IMG/VR virus record: IMGVR_UViG_3300050015_000312
Coordinates: 1-63,355 of that record
Strand: one strand, 5' to 3'
DNA from: a virus
Taxonomy: Duplodnaviria > Caudoviricetes
Length of the DNA stretch: 63,355 nt
Position 1 is the stretch's first letter, and each line of letters begins with the position of its first letter. The notes under the pieces are model-generated. The model did no database searches. It was not told the origin of the DNA and was given only the letters and a program-made list of their open reading frames with translations. Below are positions 8,178 to 17,306 of the stretch, piece by piece. The translations under genes and the position numbers were made by a program.

Positions 8178-10361
8178 ATGAATGAGACACAAGGCTTCAA
8201 GCTGATTCCGCTCGCGCAATTGCACGAGTCGCTACTCAATCCGCGCCGGCATTTTGACGAAGCGCGCATGGCCGAACTGACCGACAGTGTGCGGGTTCAT
8301 GGAATTCTGACCCCGTTGCTGGTCCGGCCGAACAGCGATGGCTACGAGATCGCAGCCGGCCATCGCCGCTTCCGGGCCGCTCTGCGCGCCGAGCTGGCGG
8401 AGGCCCCGGCTGTCGTGCGGGCGATGACCGATCAGCAGTTCGTCGAAGTGGTCACGATTGAGAATCTACAGCGCGAAGACGTGCACCCGATCGAAGAGGC
8501 CGCAGGTTACCAGCGCCTCATCGGCAGCTACGGATACACGCCGGCGATGCTGGCCGAGCGCGTTGGCCGCAGCGAGAGCTACATCGCGAAGAGGCTGGCG
8601 CTGACTCGGTTGATCGAGCCGGCAAAGTCAGCGTTTCTCGAAGGCAGAATCCAACTCGGGCATGCGCTGCTGCTCGCGCGGCTGCAACCCGACGACCAGC
8701 AGGAAGCGTTTAAGGAGGCACTATTCGAGCGAGGCGAGCGTTGGGGGGGCGGAAAGCGGGTAAAGGTCACTCCGGCCGCGGTGTCCGTGTCATCACTCGA
8801 CGACTGGATTCGCGAGAACGTGTACCTCGACCTGAGTTCCGCCGCCTGGCGCAAAGACGATGTGACGCTGCTCGCCGGCGCGGGGGCGTGCATATCCTGC
8901 ACAAAGCGGAGCGGTGCGAACGGCCTGCTTTTTGACGACGTAAAGAAAGGCGACATCTGTCTGGACGCCGAGTGCTTCCACCAGAAGCGCGACAACCACT
9001 TGATCGCGGTGCAGAAAGCGGCGGAAGAAAAAGGCACGCCGCTGGTCCGGATCGCGCGCGAGTACGTGCCTGACGCTTCAAAGCAGGGCGTGCTCAGCAC
9101 CGGAGCGTACCACCTGATCTCCGGAAAGACGGACCGCTGCGAGTATGCGGAAAAGGCTGTCATCGCAGTGGGCTCACGCGAGATCGGGAAGATCACGGAC
9201 ATCTGCCGGACGAAGGCGTGTAAGAAGCACGGCAATTGCCTCTATGGCTCCGGAGTTGCCGGCGGCCAGAAGACCTCGGCGGAGATGGCGGAAGAGCGAC
9301 GGGAGCGCCTGGCAAAGAAAATCGACATCGCGGCCCGGCAGGAAGTTCTCAGGGATGCAGTCGGCCAGATTCCATTCAATCCCGGTCCGCGCGAGTTCAC
9401 ACTCATTGCGCAGCAGATCCTGCCGACTGTGAAGTCCGAGGCGCGTAAGGCAATCGCGTACGCGTTCAGCGCTGAACATACTACCGATTGGGGAAAGCTC
9501 GAAGAGCGCATCGAGAAGATGGATCAGGGCGAAGTCGTGCGCTTCCTGGTTGCGTGCTGCCTGGCTGAAGGTGCGACGGAGTTCAGCTGGGAGAAGTCGA
9601 AGCAGCTGCTCTCGGACATGGCGCTCTCCTACGGTGTTCCGGTGAAGACGGTTTCTGAGCGAGTCGCGGCTCCGCTCAAGTTGAAGTTCGAGAAATCCGA
9701 GGCAGCCAGAAAGAAACGAGAGGCTGCGGAGAAAGCGGCGTCGAAGAAGAAAGCCGGGGCGATCTCGGATAAGGGTGAGACGAAACCCGCGTCTGCTGAG
9801 ACGAAGAAGGCGAAGCGCGGGACGACGGCCGCGACGGCCCGCGTCTGGCCGAAGCCGAACGAGCACGGGGTATACGATCCAAAGGATTGCATCAGCATCC
9901 CGTACCCGGGGAAGGATCTCGTTGCGCGAATACTGCTCGTTGAAACGGAGAATGGATGGATCGGAAGCTTCGAGGCGGGAGTGACCGACGCCGGGACCGG
10001 AGGCTTCCCGGGAGCAAAAGATCAGGCGTTTCCTTCTCAGATGGAGGCACTGGAACACGAGTGCACGGGAATTATCACGTGGGTCGGGAATGCGCGCGCC
10101 ACGCAGCGCTCGAATAAGTCCCTCGCTCAGCTGTCAAAACTTCAGAAGTGGGCCAGGAAGTTGCAGGAGGATGCGCGTGACGTCGGCGGCCAGCAGCGCG
10201 TGGCCTCCGGCGAGCGCGATCCAGCGGACCCAGACGTCCGCACCTGCCGAGTCTGCGGCTGCACCGACAACGACTGCCGCGGCTGCATCGAGCGCACCGG
10301 CGAGCCCTGCCACTGGGTAGCTCCGGACCTCTGTAGTGCGTGCGAAGGCGAGGAATCGTAG
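8178..10361 (+). CDS. parB: ParB/Spo0J-family protein with long C-terminal extension and terminal Zn-finger
   Basis: NPRRHFD...LTDSVRVHGILTPLLVRP...IAAGHRRFRAA...ENLQREDVHPIEEA; C-terminal CRVCGCTD...C...CHWV...CSAC. Confidence 0.85.
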   Translation: MNETQGFKLIPLAQLHESLLNPRRHFDEARMAELTDSVRVHGILTPLLVRPNSDGYEIAAGHRRFRAALRAELAEAPAVVRAMTDQQFVEVVTIENLQREDVHPIEEAAGYQRLIGSYGYTPAMLAERVGRSESYIAKRLALTRLIEPAKSAFLEGRIQLGHALLLARLQPDDQQEAFKEALFERGERWGGGKRVKVTPAAVSVSSLDDWIRENVYLDLSSAAWRKDDVTLLAGAGACISCTKRSGANGLLFDDVKKGDICLDAECFHQKRDNHLIAVQKAAEEKGTPLVRIAREYVPDASKQGVLSTGAYHLISGKTDRCEYAEKAVIAVGSREIGKITDICRTKACKKHGNCLYGSGVAGGQKTSAEMAEERRERLAKKIDIAARQEVLRDAVGQIPFNPGPREFTLIAQQILPTVKSEARKAIAYAFSAEHTTDWGKLEERIEKMDQGEVVRFLVACCLAEGATEFSWEKSKQLLSDMALSYGVPVKTVSERVAAPLKLKFEKSEAARKKREAAEKAASKKKAGAISDKGETKPASAETKKAKRGTTAATARVWPKPNEHGVYDPKDCISIPYPGKDLVARILLVETENGWIGSFEAGVTDAGTGGFPGAKDQAFPSQMEALEHECTGIITWVGNARATQRSNKSLAQLSKLQKWARKLQEDARDVGGQQRVASGERDPADPDVRTCRVCGCTDNDCRGCIERTGEPCHWVAPDLCSACEGEES

Positions 10362-10363
10362 AG

Positions 10364-11092
10364 ATGGCCTGTCCAGCGGCTACCTCTCCGGTCCGGTTGT
10401 GCGCCTGTGGCCGTCCCGCGGCCGGCAAGTACGGCTTCTATTGCATCCCGTGCGGCGCTGCCCGACGACGCAAGCCCGCCATCTACGTTCCGACGCCGGA
10501 GATCGACCGGATGATCACGGAAGCATACGGTCGGAATCGCAAGTTTGGCAACCGCACGGCCATCACGACGGCCGCCCGTAAGATCGGTTGGCCCGCGTGG
10601 AAGGTCCATCGGCGCGCGATTGCTCTCGGCATTGCCCGCACGAAAGAGGCTCCCTGGAGCGCCGACGAGCTGGCCATTCTCTCGCGCTACGGCTGGATGT
10701 GCGACGACAAGCTCTCCGACAGGCTGAAGTCCGCGGGCTTCCATCGCACCGCGACGGCCGTTCACCTGAAGAAGAAGCGGATGCACATCCGCCGCAACGG
10801 AGATTGGTACTCAGCTACACAGCTTGCCGAGGCATTCGGAGAGGATTCGCACAAGATCATCAAGTGGATCCGCGCAGGCCTGCTACGCGGCGTGCGCCGC
10901 GGTACGGACCGGACCGAGCAACAAGGCGGCGACACACACCTGATTCTGCACCGCGACGTTCGGGAATTCGCGCTGGCGCATCCGGACGAGTACGAACTGG
11001 CGAAGGTCGAGAAGCGCTGGTTTCTTGAGTTGGTGACGGGCCGCGACCTGGCTGCCGATGAAGACGCGGCGATGGAGGTGACACTGCCATGA
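10364..11092 (+). CDS. Zn-finger plus tandem HTH DNA-binding protein
   Basis: CACG...CIPC; WSADELAIL; YSATQLAEAFGEDSHKIIKWIRAGLL. Confidence 0.65.
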   Translation: MACPAATSPVRLCACGRPAAGKYGFYCIPCGAARRRKPAIYVPTPEIDRMITEAYGRNRKFGNRTAITTAARKIGWPAWKVHRRAIALGIARTKEAPWSADELAILSRYGWMCDDKLSDRLKSAGFHRTATAVHLKKKRMHIRRNGDWYSATQLAEAFGEDSHKIIKWIRAGLLRGVRRGTDRTEQQGGDTHLILHRDVREFALAHPDEYELAKVEKRWFLELVTGRDLAADEDAAMEVTLP

Positions 11093-11397
11093 CCAACCAC
11101 AAGTCCTACCGAGACCCATCCGGCCACTTCATCGGCCGGAGCCAGATGCTCAGCGCCTGGGGCGTCACGCTCCTGGATTGGATCTGCATCAACGACGAAC
11201 TGATCTGCTTACTCATGGTCGGGCTCCGCTTCTGCGAGCGACAATACGCGGAATCTCTCCAGATGGCCGCGCGGGAGGTGCTCTGTGTGGACCACGAAGA
11301 GCCGCTGCCTGCCTGGGAGATGCGGAGAGCGGCCAGGTGGGAACGCCGGCGAGACGTGCTGATTGAGGCGCTAAAGAAATTGCGGGAGGTGGTGTAG
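11089..11397 (+). CDS. Hypothetical protein
   Basis: GGAGG RBS; ATGA coupling. Confidence 0.5.
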   Translation: MTNHKSYRDPSGHFIGRSQMLSAWGVTLLDWICINDELICLLMVGLRFCERQYAESLQMAAREVLCVDHEEPLPAWEMRRAARWERRRDVLIEALKKLREVV

Positions 11398-11429
11398 ATG
11401 CCAATCAGCGAGCAGAAAGGCGGTGCCGA

Positions 11430-11804
11430 ATGAGCGCGTGTGATTTCGCTTTAGGCGACTTCGAAGGCGAGTCATTCGAGCTTTACTGCACAAGGATGCT
11501 CACCGCGCGGCGTGAGCATAAATGCTGCGAATGCAGTGGTGTAATCCCACGCGGGGTGCAGTACGAAAACGTCGTCGGCAAATGGGACGGCGAGTTCTCG
11601 CGCTATAAGACGTGCTTACTGTGTGTTGAAATCCGCGATAAGTTCGGCAGCAGCGGATCGACCTTTACAACGCTCTGGGAGGAAGTCGTAGACGGACTGT
11701 TCCCTATGATGAATTTCGGGTGCATGGATGGACTCTCCACCGAGGCGCGCAACGTCCTTATTCAGCGCTGGCAGACATGGAAGGGGCTGTTGCGAACAGC
11801 TTAG
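11430..11804 (+). CDS. Phage Zn-ribbon protein
   Basis: ARREHKCCEC...YKTCLLC family-type motif. Confidence 0.65.
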   Translation: MSACDFALGDFEGESFELYCTRMLTARREHKCCECSGVIPRGVQYENVVGKWDGEFSRYKTCLLCVEIRDKFGSSGSTFTTLWEEVVDGLFPMMNFGCMDGLSTEARNVLIQRWQTWKGLLRTA

Positions 11805-11833
11805 CGAAACGCCGGGAAGAAGGAACGAGACTA

Positions 11834-11976
11834 TGAGCCAATGCTTTAGATGTAATGGAACCGGACAGATCTGCGATACCTGCGGAGAGCCCGAATGCGC
11901 CTGCACTTGCGAGGGCAAGGAGCTCGACGAGCAGACCTTCAGTGACTGTCCAGACTGTAAAGGAACGGGAGAATGA
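11834..11976 (+). CDS. Cys-rich microprotein (CxxCxGxG repeats)
   Basis: MSQCFRCNGTGQICDTCGE...CPDCKGTGE. Confidence 0.55.
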
Positions 11977-12350
11977 CCCCAGACGAAGAGGCCCTATTAG
12001 CAGATCTCCCCGAGCCCTTGTGTGAGATGGACGCCGAGGAGACGGCAGAGTGAGTGGAACCGCTGGAAGAGATGCTCTGACCGGCTGGATGCCATCCGCG
12101 CCACCATCGCCGGGGAGGGCCGCAAGGATGCGTGATAAGCGCGCAAAGAAGGTGAACTTACCAACCGGACGCGATCCGGTGTCTCAACTCTACCGGGCCG
12201 TGGTGCGCTACGTCGAGTCGATGGGCGGCAGCGTGCTCGTGGTGGGTGGAATACAAATCCTGAGATGGCCGGGAGAGAGGGCGGGCAGTTTCATGGTCGG
12301 GGTGAAATGTACGGGCAAGCTGGATTTAGCCGCATTCCGGGAGGTCCGCA

Positions 12351-12557
12351 ATGGCTGAGCCGCACGCGAAACTCGTATCCGACATACCGCAGTTACAGCG
12401 TGGACGCGTTTGGTGCGTCACCTGCGGAGCAACACGGAAGGCGAACGTGGAAGAGTATTTTCGGAACGGCTGGCCCAAATGCTGCGGGCAGACCATGACG
12501 ATTGACTCTCCAGGGGAACGGCGGGCGCTCGCCAGGGTGGGCCGCAAGGATGCCTGA
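12351..12557 (+). CDS. Small Zn-ribbon protein
   Basis: VWCVTCG...GWPKCCGQTM; GGAGG RBS. Confidence 0.55.
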   Translation: MAEPHAKLVSDIPQLQRGRVWCVTCGATRKANVEEYFRNGWPKCCGQTMTIDSPGERRALARVGRKDA

Positions 12558-12801
12558 GCGAGTACGCCTCGTGATGTACAACCCGCAGCGCCAGCTACTC
12601 GAAGAGCTGAGCTATCCGGGAATCACTCAGCGGAGCGTGGCGCTCACGTACGCCTTCATTATGAGGCAAGAGGGGGATTCTGCGAACTGGCCCAAAGTCA
12701 ATCGCGCCATCACCGACAAATGGAAGGGGCGCACCGCTCTTGAACGCATCAAAAGAATGGCGTGGAAGGTACTGCTAGGAGAGATTCACTCACATGCCTG
12801 A
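12550..12801 (+). CDS. Hypothetical protein
   Basis: MPERVRLVMY...; overlaps both neighbours by 8 nt. Confidence 0.5.
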   Translation: MPERVRLVMYNPQRQLLEELSYPGITQRSVALTYAFIMRQEGDSANWPKVNRAITDKWKGRTALERIKRMAWKVLLGEIHSHA

Positions 12802-13066
12802 AATCTGCACGATCTGCCATCAGCAGATCCGGCCGGGGGAGCCCAGCGACACGTTCCAATCCGAGACGTATCACGAGGATCCAGACTACTGCGTCGCGGC
12901 CGTGGCGCGGCGGTGCGCGGAGATCGCCCATGAGATCAGCCGAAAGCACTGGTCCGATTACAAGGGCGGAGAGCATCGCGGAGATCCTCATTATCAGGGC
13001 CTATCGGATGGAGCAGCAGAGGTCGAGGCGGCACTCCGCGCCGAATTCCCGGAGGTGAAGCCGTGA
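12794..13066 (+). CDS. Hypothetical protein with N-terminal CxxC
   Basis: GGAG RBS; CTICH...H...C. Confidence 0.5.
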   Translation: MPEICTICHQQIRPGEPSDTFQSETYHEDPDYCVAAVARRCAEIAHEISRKHWSDYKGGEHRGDPHYQGLSDGAAEVEAALRAEFPEVKP

Positions 13067-13224
13067 AGTGCGATTGCTGCGAATATCCGCTCGAAGATTG
13101 CGAGTGCGACGACATGTATCCGCCGCCGTGCGCCAGATGCTTCCACTGTCACAAGCACTGTAAATGCGGAGCCGCTTACATCCCGGCCGGTGAAACCATG
13201 CCAATTCGCCCAGAGGCCAAATAG
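13063..13224 (+). CDS. 53-aa microprotein with 10 Cys (not in the ORF track)
   Basis: GTG start coupled by GTGA after GGAGG; MKCDCCEYPLEDCECDDMYPPPCARCFHCHKHCKCG... Confidence 0.5.
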   Translation: MKCDCCEYPLEDCECDDMYPPPCARCFHCHKHCKCGAAYIPAGETMPIRPEAK

Positions 13225-13226
13225 CT

Positions 13227-13613
13227 ATGTGCTGCACGTCCTATCGTCGAACCGCCGCTGACCACCGCGCCACCCTCGAAGCCAAGCGCGCCGAACTCCA
13301 GGCACGCCTCCGGGACCGGGTGCCCATCGAAGTCGAGCGTCACGCGGATCCGCTCGACGACACCTGGCAGCTCGCGGCCCGTGAGGTCGCAGCCGGCACG
13401 TTCACCCACGACACCGCGCTGCTGTGCCAGGTCGAGGCGGCTCTCGCGCGGATCTCGGATGGGAGCTTCGGCGTCTGCTCCTCGTGCCTGGAAGCGATAA
13501 GCCCGGCGCGGCTCCGGGCGGTGCCGTGGGCAGCATTGTGCCGGCCATGCGCTGAGCTGGTAGAGGACGAGCGGGCCGCGGCGGAAGTGGCGTGCGGAGG
13601 GCTGAGCGAATGA
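13227..13613 (+). CDS. dksA: TraR/DksA-family C4 zinc-finger regulator
   Basis: ADPLD..A coiled-coil tip; AALARISDGSFGVCSSC...ISPARLRAVPWAALCRPC. Confidence 0.85.
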   Translation: MCCTSYRRTAADHRATLEAKRAELQARLRDRVPIEVERHADPLDDTWQLAAREVAAGTFTHDTALLCQVEAALARISDGSFGVCSSCLEAISPARLRAVPWAALCRPCAELVEDERAAAEVACGGLSE

Positions 13614-14050
13614 GCCCACGGCAAGGTCCGCCGCAGTTGACGGAGCAGCAGATCTCGGAGCTGGGCGGATACTCGCCCGAGCAGGTCGCGTCGATTACTG
13701 GTATTTCGGTCCCCACGCTGGCGAGTTGGCGCAGTCAGCGAAAAGGCCCGCCGTACCGCAAGTACGGCCGCTCGATCCGGTATCCAGCCCAGATACTTCG
13801 AGAATGGTTAGAATCGCAGACCAGAGGCTTCAATGAAGAACAAGGACGGACAGCGAGACGGGTTACGGGTACGGGGCGGAAAGTGGACGTACCGCATTTG
13901 GGTGCAAGGCCGGTGCTACCCAGGCACCACCGACTTGGCCGCCACCGAACGCAACAGGAGCGCCGCGATTCGCGACCGGGAGGAGCACAGGCGGGCGATC
14001 CTCGAGGGCCGCGAGTTTCGACGCAAGCTGGAGATCATCCCGTTCAATGA
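13610..14050 (+). CDS. xis: Excisionase-like HTH protein
   Basis: YSPEQVASITGISVPTLASWRSQRKGPPYRKYGRSIRY; directly upstream of, and overlapping, int. Confidence 0.75.
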   Translation: MSPRQGPPQLTEQQISELGGYSPEQVASITGISVPTLASWRSQRKGPPYRKYGRSIRYPAQILREWLESQTRGFNEEQGRTARRVTGTGRKVDVPHLGARPVLPRHHRLGRHRTQQERRDSRPGGAQAGDPRGPRVSTQAGDHPVQ

Positions 14051-15113
14051 GGCCGCTGAGGGCTTCCTGAAGTGGGTGGATGGCGAATACCGGGAGCACC
14101 CGCGCAGCGCCAAGCGAATCCGCGGCAGCTTCACCAGCCTGAAGAACTTCTTCAAGCGGCGCCCCGTGTCAGCCATCACCGCCGGGAGCATCGAAGACTA
14201 CAAGGCGCACCGCCGCACCGATCACGAGGTCAAAGAAGTCACGCTACGGCACGACCTACACGCGCTGAGCTTGTTCTTCCAGTACGCCGGGAAGCATCGC
14301 TGGTCCCAGGACAATCCAGTGGACGACGTCGAGATCCCGAGCGATGCCGAATCCGTCCGAATGCACGTTCTGACGCCGGCAGAAGAGAGCGCCTATTTTG
14401 CGGCGTGCCTCCGCGGAAAACGCAAAGTAGAAATCAAGGCGCACAAACGCAAGGGCGCGGTTCCCATCAAAGCGCACACACGCACCGTCGAGGGAGATTT
14501 TCGGAACATGCACGACCTCGGGCGACTGATGCTCAACCAGGGTTGTCGGCCGGAGGAGTTGCTTGAGCTGCGCAAGGACGCGGTGGACATTGATCACGGC
14601 CTCCTGCGAATCGCGCGCGGCAAGTCGAAAGCGGCTAAGCGCACCCTGAGACTCACGCCAGAGAGCGCGTTCATCCTCGAGGCGCGGATGCAGGGTGACA
14701 GCCCGTGGGTCTTTCCGAGCCCGAAGCGGGCGGGCCATCATCTGACGAAACTCAACACTGCGCACGACAAGGTCATCAAAGAAACCGGGCTCGCTTTCGT
14801 CATCTACGACTTCCGCCACACCTGCGCCACCAGGTGGGCCGAACGCGGAATGGACCTGGGAACCTTGGCGAAGCTGCTCGGGCATTCCAGCCTGCGGTCG
14901 GTCATGAAGTACGTTCACATCTCCCAGGAGCACATGAATCAGGCGATGGAGCGGTACGGCGAGGGGCACCCGGAGAATCAGACTTCAACGTCCGAGGTCG
15001 GTCTGAGGTCGGTTGCGGCGACAAAAGAGGGCCTTTCAGAGCAAATGAGCGTCATCGAGCACAAAGCAACTGGTGTTCGCAATCTTCAGGAAACAAAAGG
15101 GAAAATCCAATGA
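13833..15113 (+). CDS. int: Tyrosine integrase
   Basis: GCRPEE (R), GKS (K), YDFRHT (YxxR in place of HxxR), LLGH, VMKY (Y). Confidence 0.95.
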   Translation: MKNKDGQRDGLRVRGGKWTYRIWVQGRCYPGTTDLAATERNRSAAIRDREEHRRAILEGREFRRKLEIIPFNEAAEGFLKWVDGEYREHPRSAKRIRGSFTSLKNFFKRRPVSAITAGSIEDYKAHRRTDHEVKEVTLRHDLHALSLFFQYAGKHRWSQDNPVDDVEIPSDAESVRMHVLTPAEESAYFAACLRGKRKVEIKAHKRKGAVPIKAHTRTVEGDFRNMHDLGRLMLNQGCRPEELLELRKDAVDIDHGLLRIARGKSKAAKRTLRLTPESAFILEARMQGDSPWVFPSPKRAGHHLTKLNTAHDKVIKETGLAFVIYDFRHTCATRWAERGMDLGTLAKLLGHSSLRSVMKYVHISQEHMNQAMERYGEGHPENQTSTSEVGLRSVAATKEGLSEQMSVIEHKATGVRNLQETKGKIQ

Positions 15114-15246
15114 AATCATGGAGGCGCGGGGGGGAATCGAACCCCCGAATAAAGGTTTTGCAGACCTTTCACTTGGGGACGCAACTACCTTTTCCTGCAT
15201 CAACGCATAATCGAAAACTCTCCATTGCGGTCGGTCTGAGGTCGGT
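14996..15246. repeat. 18-bp direct repeats flanking the att core (candidate integrase arm sites)
   Basis: GGTCGGTCTGAGGTCGGT at 14996-15013 and 15229-15246. Confidence 0.7.
15119..15168 (-). mobile_element. attP core: 3' half of tRNA-Cys(GCA)
   Basis: Reverse complement reads AAGGT-CTGCAAA-ACCTT anticodon arm, GGTTCGATTCC T-arm and GCGCCTCCA end; the 5' half is absent; lies just after the int stop. Confidence 0.9.
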
Positions 15247-15288
15247 GTCCGTGCATTTCCCACAGCTTCATGTGGGCGGGAGGTGCGC

Positions 15289-16059
15289 GTGAAAGAGCGC
15301 CCCATCCTCTTTAGCGGCCCGATGGTGCGAGCCATCCTGGAGGGCCGGAAGACGCAGACGCGGCGGGTGTGCAATCCGCTCGTCGGAGCAACAGGAGTGG
15401 ATCATATCTACCGTCGCCCCGATGGGGACTTCGTAGGTTGCCACCTTCCGGCGCCTGCTGGTGTCGCCGTAACGGTCCCATTCCTTTGTCCCTACGGCGT
15501 CCCCGGAGACCGGCTCTGGGTGCGCGAGACGTGGCAACCGATCTGGGCCGATGAAAATAATCCCCCGCGATCCCTGGATTGCCACGAGGGATGGAATATC
15601 GGTTATCCCGCGACCGACGGGATTCAGGAGTATCTGGATCGGGGAGAGGATCTGACTGCACGATGTAAGCCCTCGATCTTCATGCCCCGTTGGGCATCCC
15701 GCATCACCCTGGAGATCACCGACGTTCGCGTGCAGCGGGTGCAGGAGATCAGCGAAGAGGACGCGAGGGACGAGGGGATTCAGCGGCAATTACTTCCCGA
15801 TCTGAAGGGGAATCGATTCCATTGGGGCGATGTCACTCGGGACAGGTGCGCTACCGCCAAAGATGCGTTTCGCGCTCTCTGGGATTCCATCAACGGCAAG
15901 CGAGCCGGCAAGACGGATAAGACATCGCACTCTCCACGCAAGCGCGGAGCCACAGTCAAAGTGGAAGAGAAACTGGCGCGGTTGGCCCCTTATTGCTGGA
16001 GCGCGAACCCGTGGGTATGGGCCATCACGTTCAAGCGCGTGGAACGGAGGGTGGCGTAA
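15289..16059 (+). CDS. ASCH/PUA-like phage protein
   Basis: KERPILFSGPMVRAILEGRKTQTRR...GDRLWVRE...PSIFMPRWASRITLEIT...NPWVW. Confidence 0.8.
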   Translation: MKERPILFSGPMVRAILEGRKTQTRRVCNPLVGATGVDHIYRRPDGDFVGCHLPAPAGVAVTVPFLCPYGVPGDRLWVRETWQPIWADENNPPRSLDCHEGWNIGYPATDGIQEYLDRGEDLTARCKPSIFMPRWASRITLEITDVRVQRVQEISEEDARDEGIQRQLLPDLKGNRFHWGDVTRDRCATAKDAFRALWDSINGKRAGKTDKTSHSPRKRGATVKVEEKLARLAPYCWSANPWVWAITFKRVERRVA

Positions 16060-16601
16060 TGCAGATCAAGAACCAGCGGGTGACCTGCGCCGCGTGCGGC
16101 AAGGTCGGCGAGGTCGAGATTGTGGTTGACGCTCCGCTCTCGGTGGCAATCGCGTCGATGAAGGCGGCCAGGTGCCAGCATTGCGGTAGCCCAAAGGTCT
16201 GCCTTGGTGGCGCCTACGACGACTCGCCGCCACTGACCGCGAGCATTATTGACCGCGCGGCGTGGTGGCGGGAGCGTGGCGAGGTTGGCACAAGCTCGGA
16301 GACGATCTGGAGCGCGTTCACCGGAAGTCGCCCGGGCCACACAGATATTCCATACGACCCAGACGATTTCCGGCGCTGCAAGCTGCTCCTGGATCTCATC
16401 CCAGAGTGGCGTGCGGACTTGGCGCGCGTGGCAAAAGTCTATCGGTGGTGGCTGCCGTTCGTCGAAGCGTGGCCGGATCTGGAGCGGCTGTATGAACACG
16501 AGGCGCCGGCCGGCGAGTGCCCGAAGATGTACGCGGCAATGCAGGTGTTCGTGCGGGCAGCGGAGAAGATGCGGCGCGCCACGGAGGCCTTCCATGTCTG
16601 A
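16059..16601 (+). CDS. Hypothetical protein with N-terminal Zn-ribbon
   Basis: CAAC...CQHC; GEVGTSSETI...PYDPDDFRRC. Confidence 0.6.
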   Translation: MQIKNQRVTCAACGKVGEVEIVVDAPLSVAIASMKAARCQHCGSPKVCLGGAYDDSPPLTASIIDRAAWWRERGEVGTSSETIWSAFTGSRPGHTDIPYDPDDFRRCKLLLDLIPEWRADLARVAKVYRWWLPFVEAWPDLERLYEHEAPAGECPKMYAAMQVFVRAAEKMRRATEAFHV

Positions 16602-16971
16602 GCCCACCCCCCGGCGCCGGCTACCATCTGAGCGCCGCGCGCTCACCCATCGCTTCGTGATCGGCGCCCACAAAGGCTACATCACGGTCGGCCTGTACGA
16701 TGACGGCCGCCCGGGAGAACTGTTCATCCGCATGGGCGACATCGGGTCATTTGAGCGCGGTCTACTCTCGGCGGTGGGCATTCTCGCGTCGATGCTGCTC
16801 CAGGCGGGCGTGCCACTCCAGGAGATCGCGGATAAGTTCAAGGGCTCGAGCTTCGAGCCGGATGGCTGGGCCGGCGCCGGCGCGGAGAAGCGGTTCGCGC
16901 GGTCGATCCTGGATTATGTGTTCCGGTGGTTATCGGCGCGCTGGCCGGCAGCGGAGGCATCCGCCCGGTGA
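16594..16971 (+). CDS. Stand-alone TSCPD domain (class II ribonucleotide reductase C-terminal-like)
   Basis: RRRLPSERRALTHRFVIGAHKGYITVGLYDDGRPGELFI...FEPDG...SILDYVFRWL. Confidence 0.8.
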   Translation: MSEPTPRRRLPSERRALTHRFVIGAHKGYITVGLYDDGRPGELFIRMGDIGSFERGLLSAVGILASMLLQAGVPLQEIADKFKGSSFEPDGWAGAGAEKRFARSILDYVFRWLSARWPAAEASAR

Positions 16972-17306
16972 GCGACCTCCTCCTGTCCCCAATGAAGCCC
17001 GCCCAGCTTCGTCGGGTGCGCACCCACCCCCGGCTCATAACCTGCGCGTGCGGGCGGCAGGAGATGGCGCCTGGTCAACGGAAGTGGTGCTCTGTCTGCG
17101 CCAAAGAGAAGACCCGCATCTACTCGCCTGAACAGCGGGCCGCGTTCAGGGACTCCCGCGAGGAAGACGGCGCCCTGGTCCGGCTCGACGGATGGTGCTG
17201 GAAATTTGCGAGCAGGGATCGGCGACTCCGGTTCCTGGACCGGGTACTCGGGCATGCGCGGTGGGTCGGGCGGGGTGGGGCGGTGGGGATGGAGGTTCCA
17301 GAGTGA
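16968..17306 (+). CDS. Hypothetical protein with Zn-finger
   Basis: GTGA coupling at both ends; CACG...CSVC. Confidence 0.45.
   Translation: MSDLLLSPMKPAQLRRVRTHPRLITCACGRQEMAPGQRKWCSVCAKEKTRIYSPEQRAAFRDSREEDGALVRLDGWCWKFASRDRRLRFLDRVLGHARWVGRGGAVGMEVPE

Noticed and set aside
15119-15168. Functional tRNA-Cys gene
   Set aside because: The 5' acceptor strand and D-arm are absent, so it is an att core.
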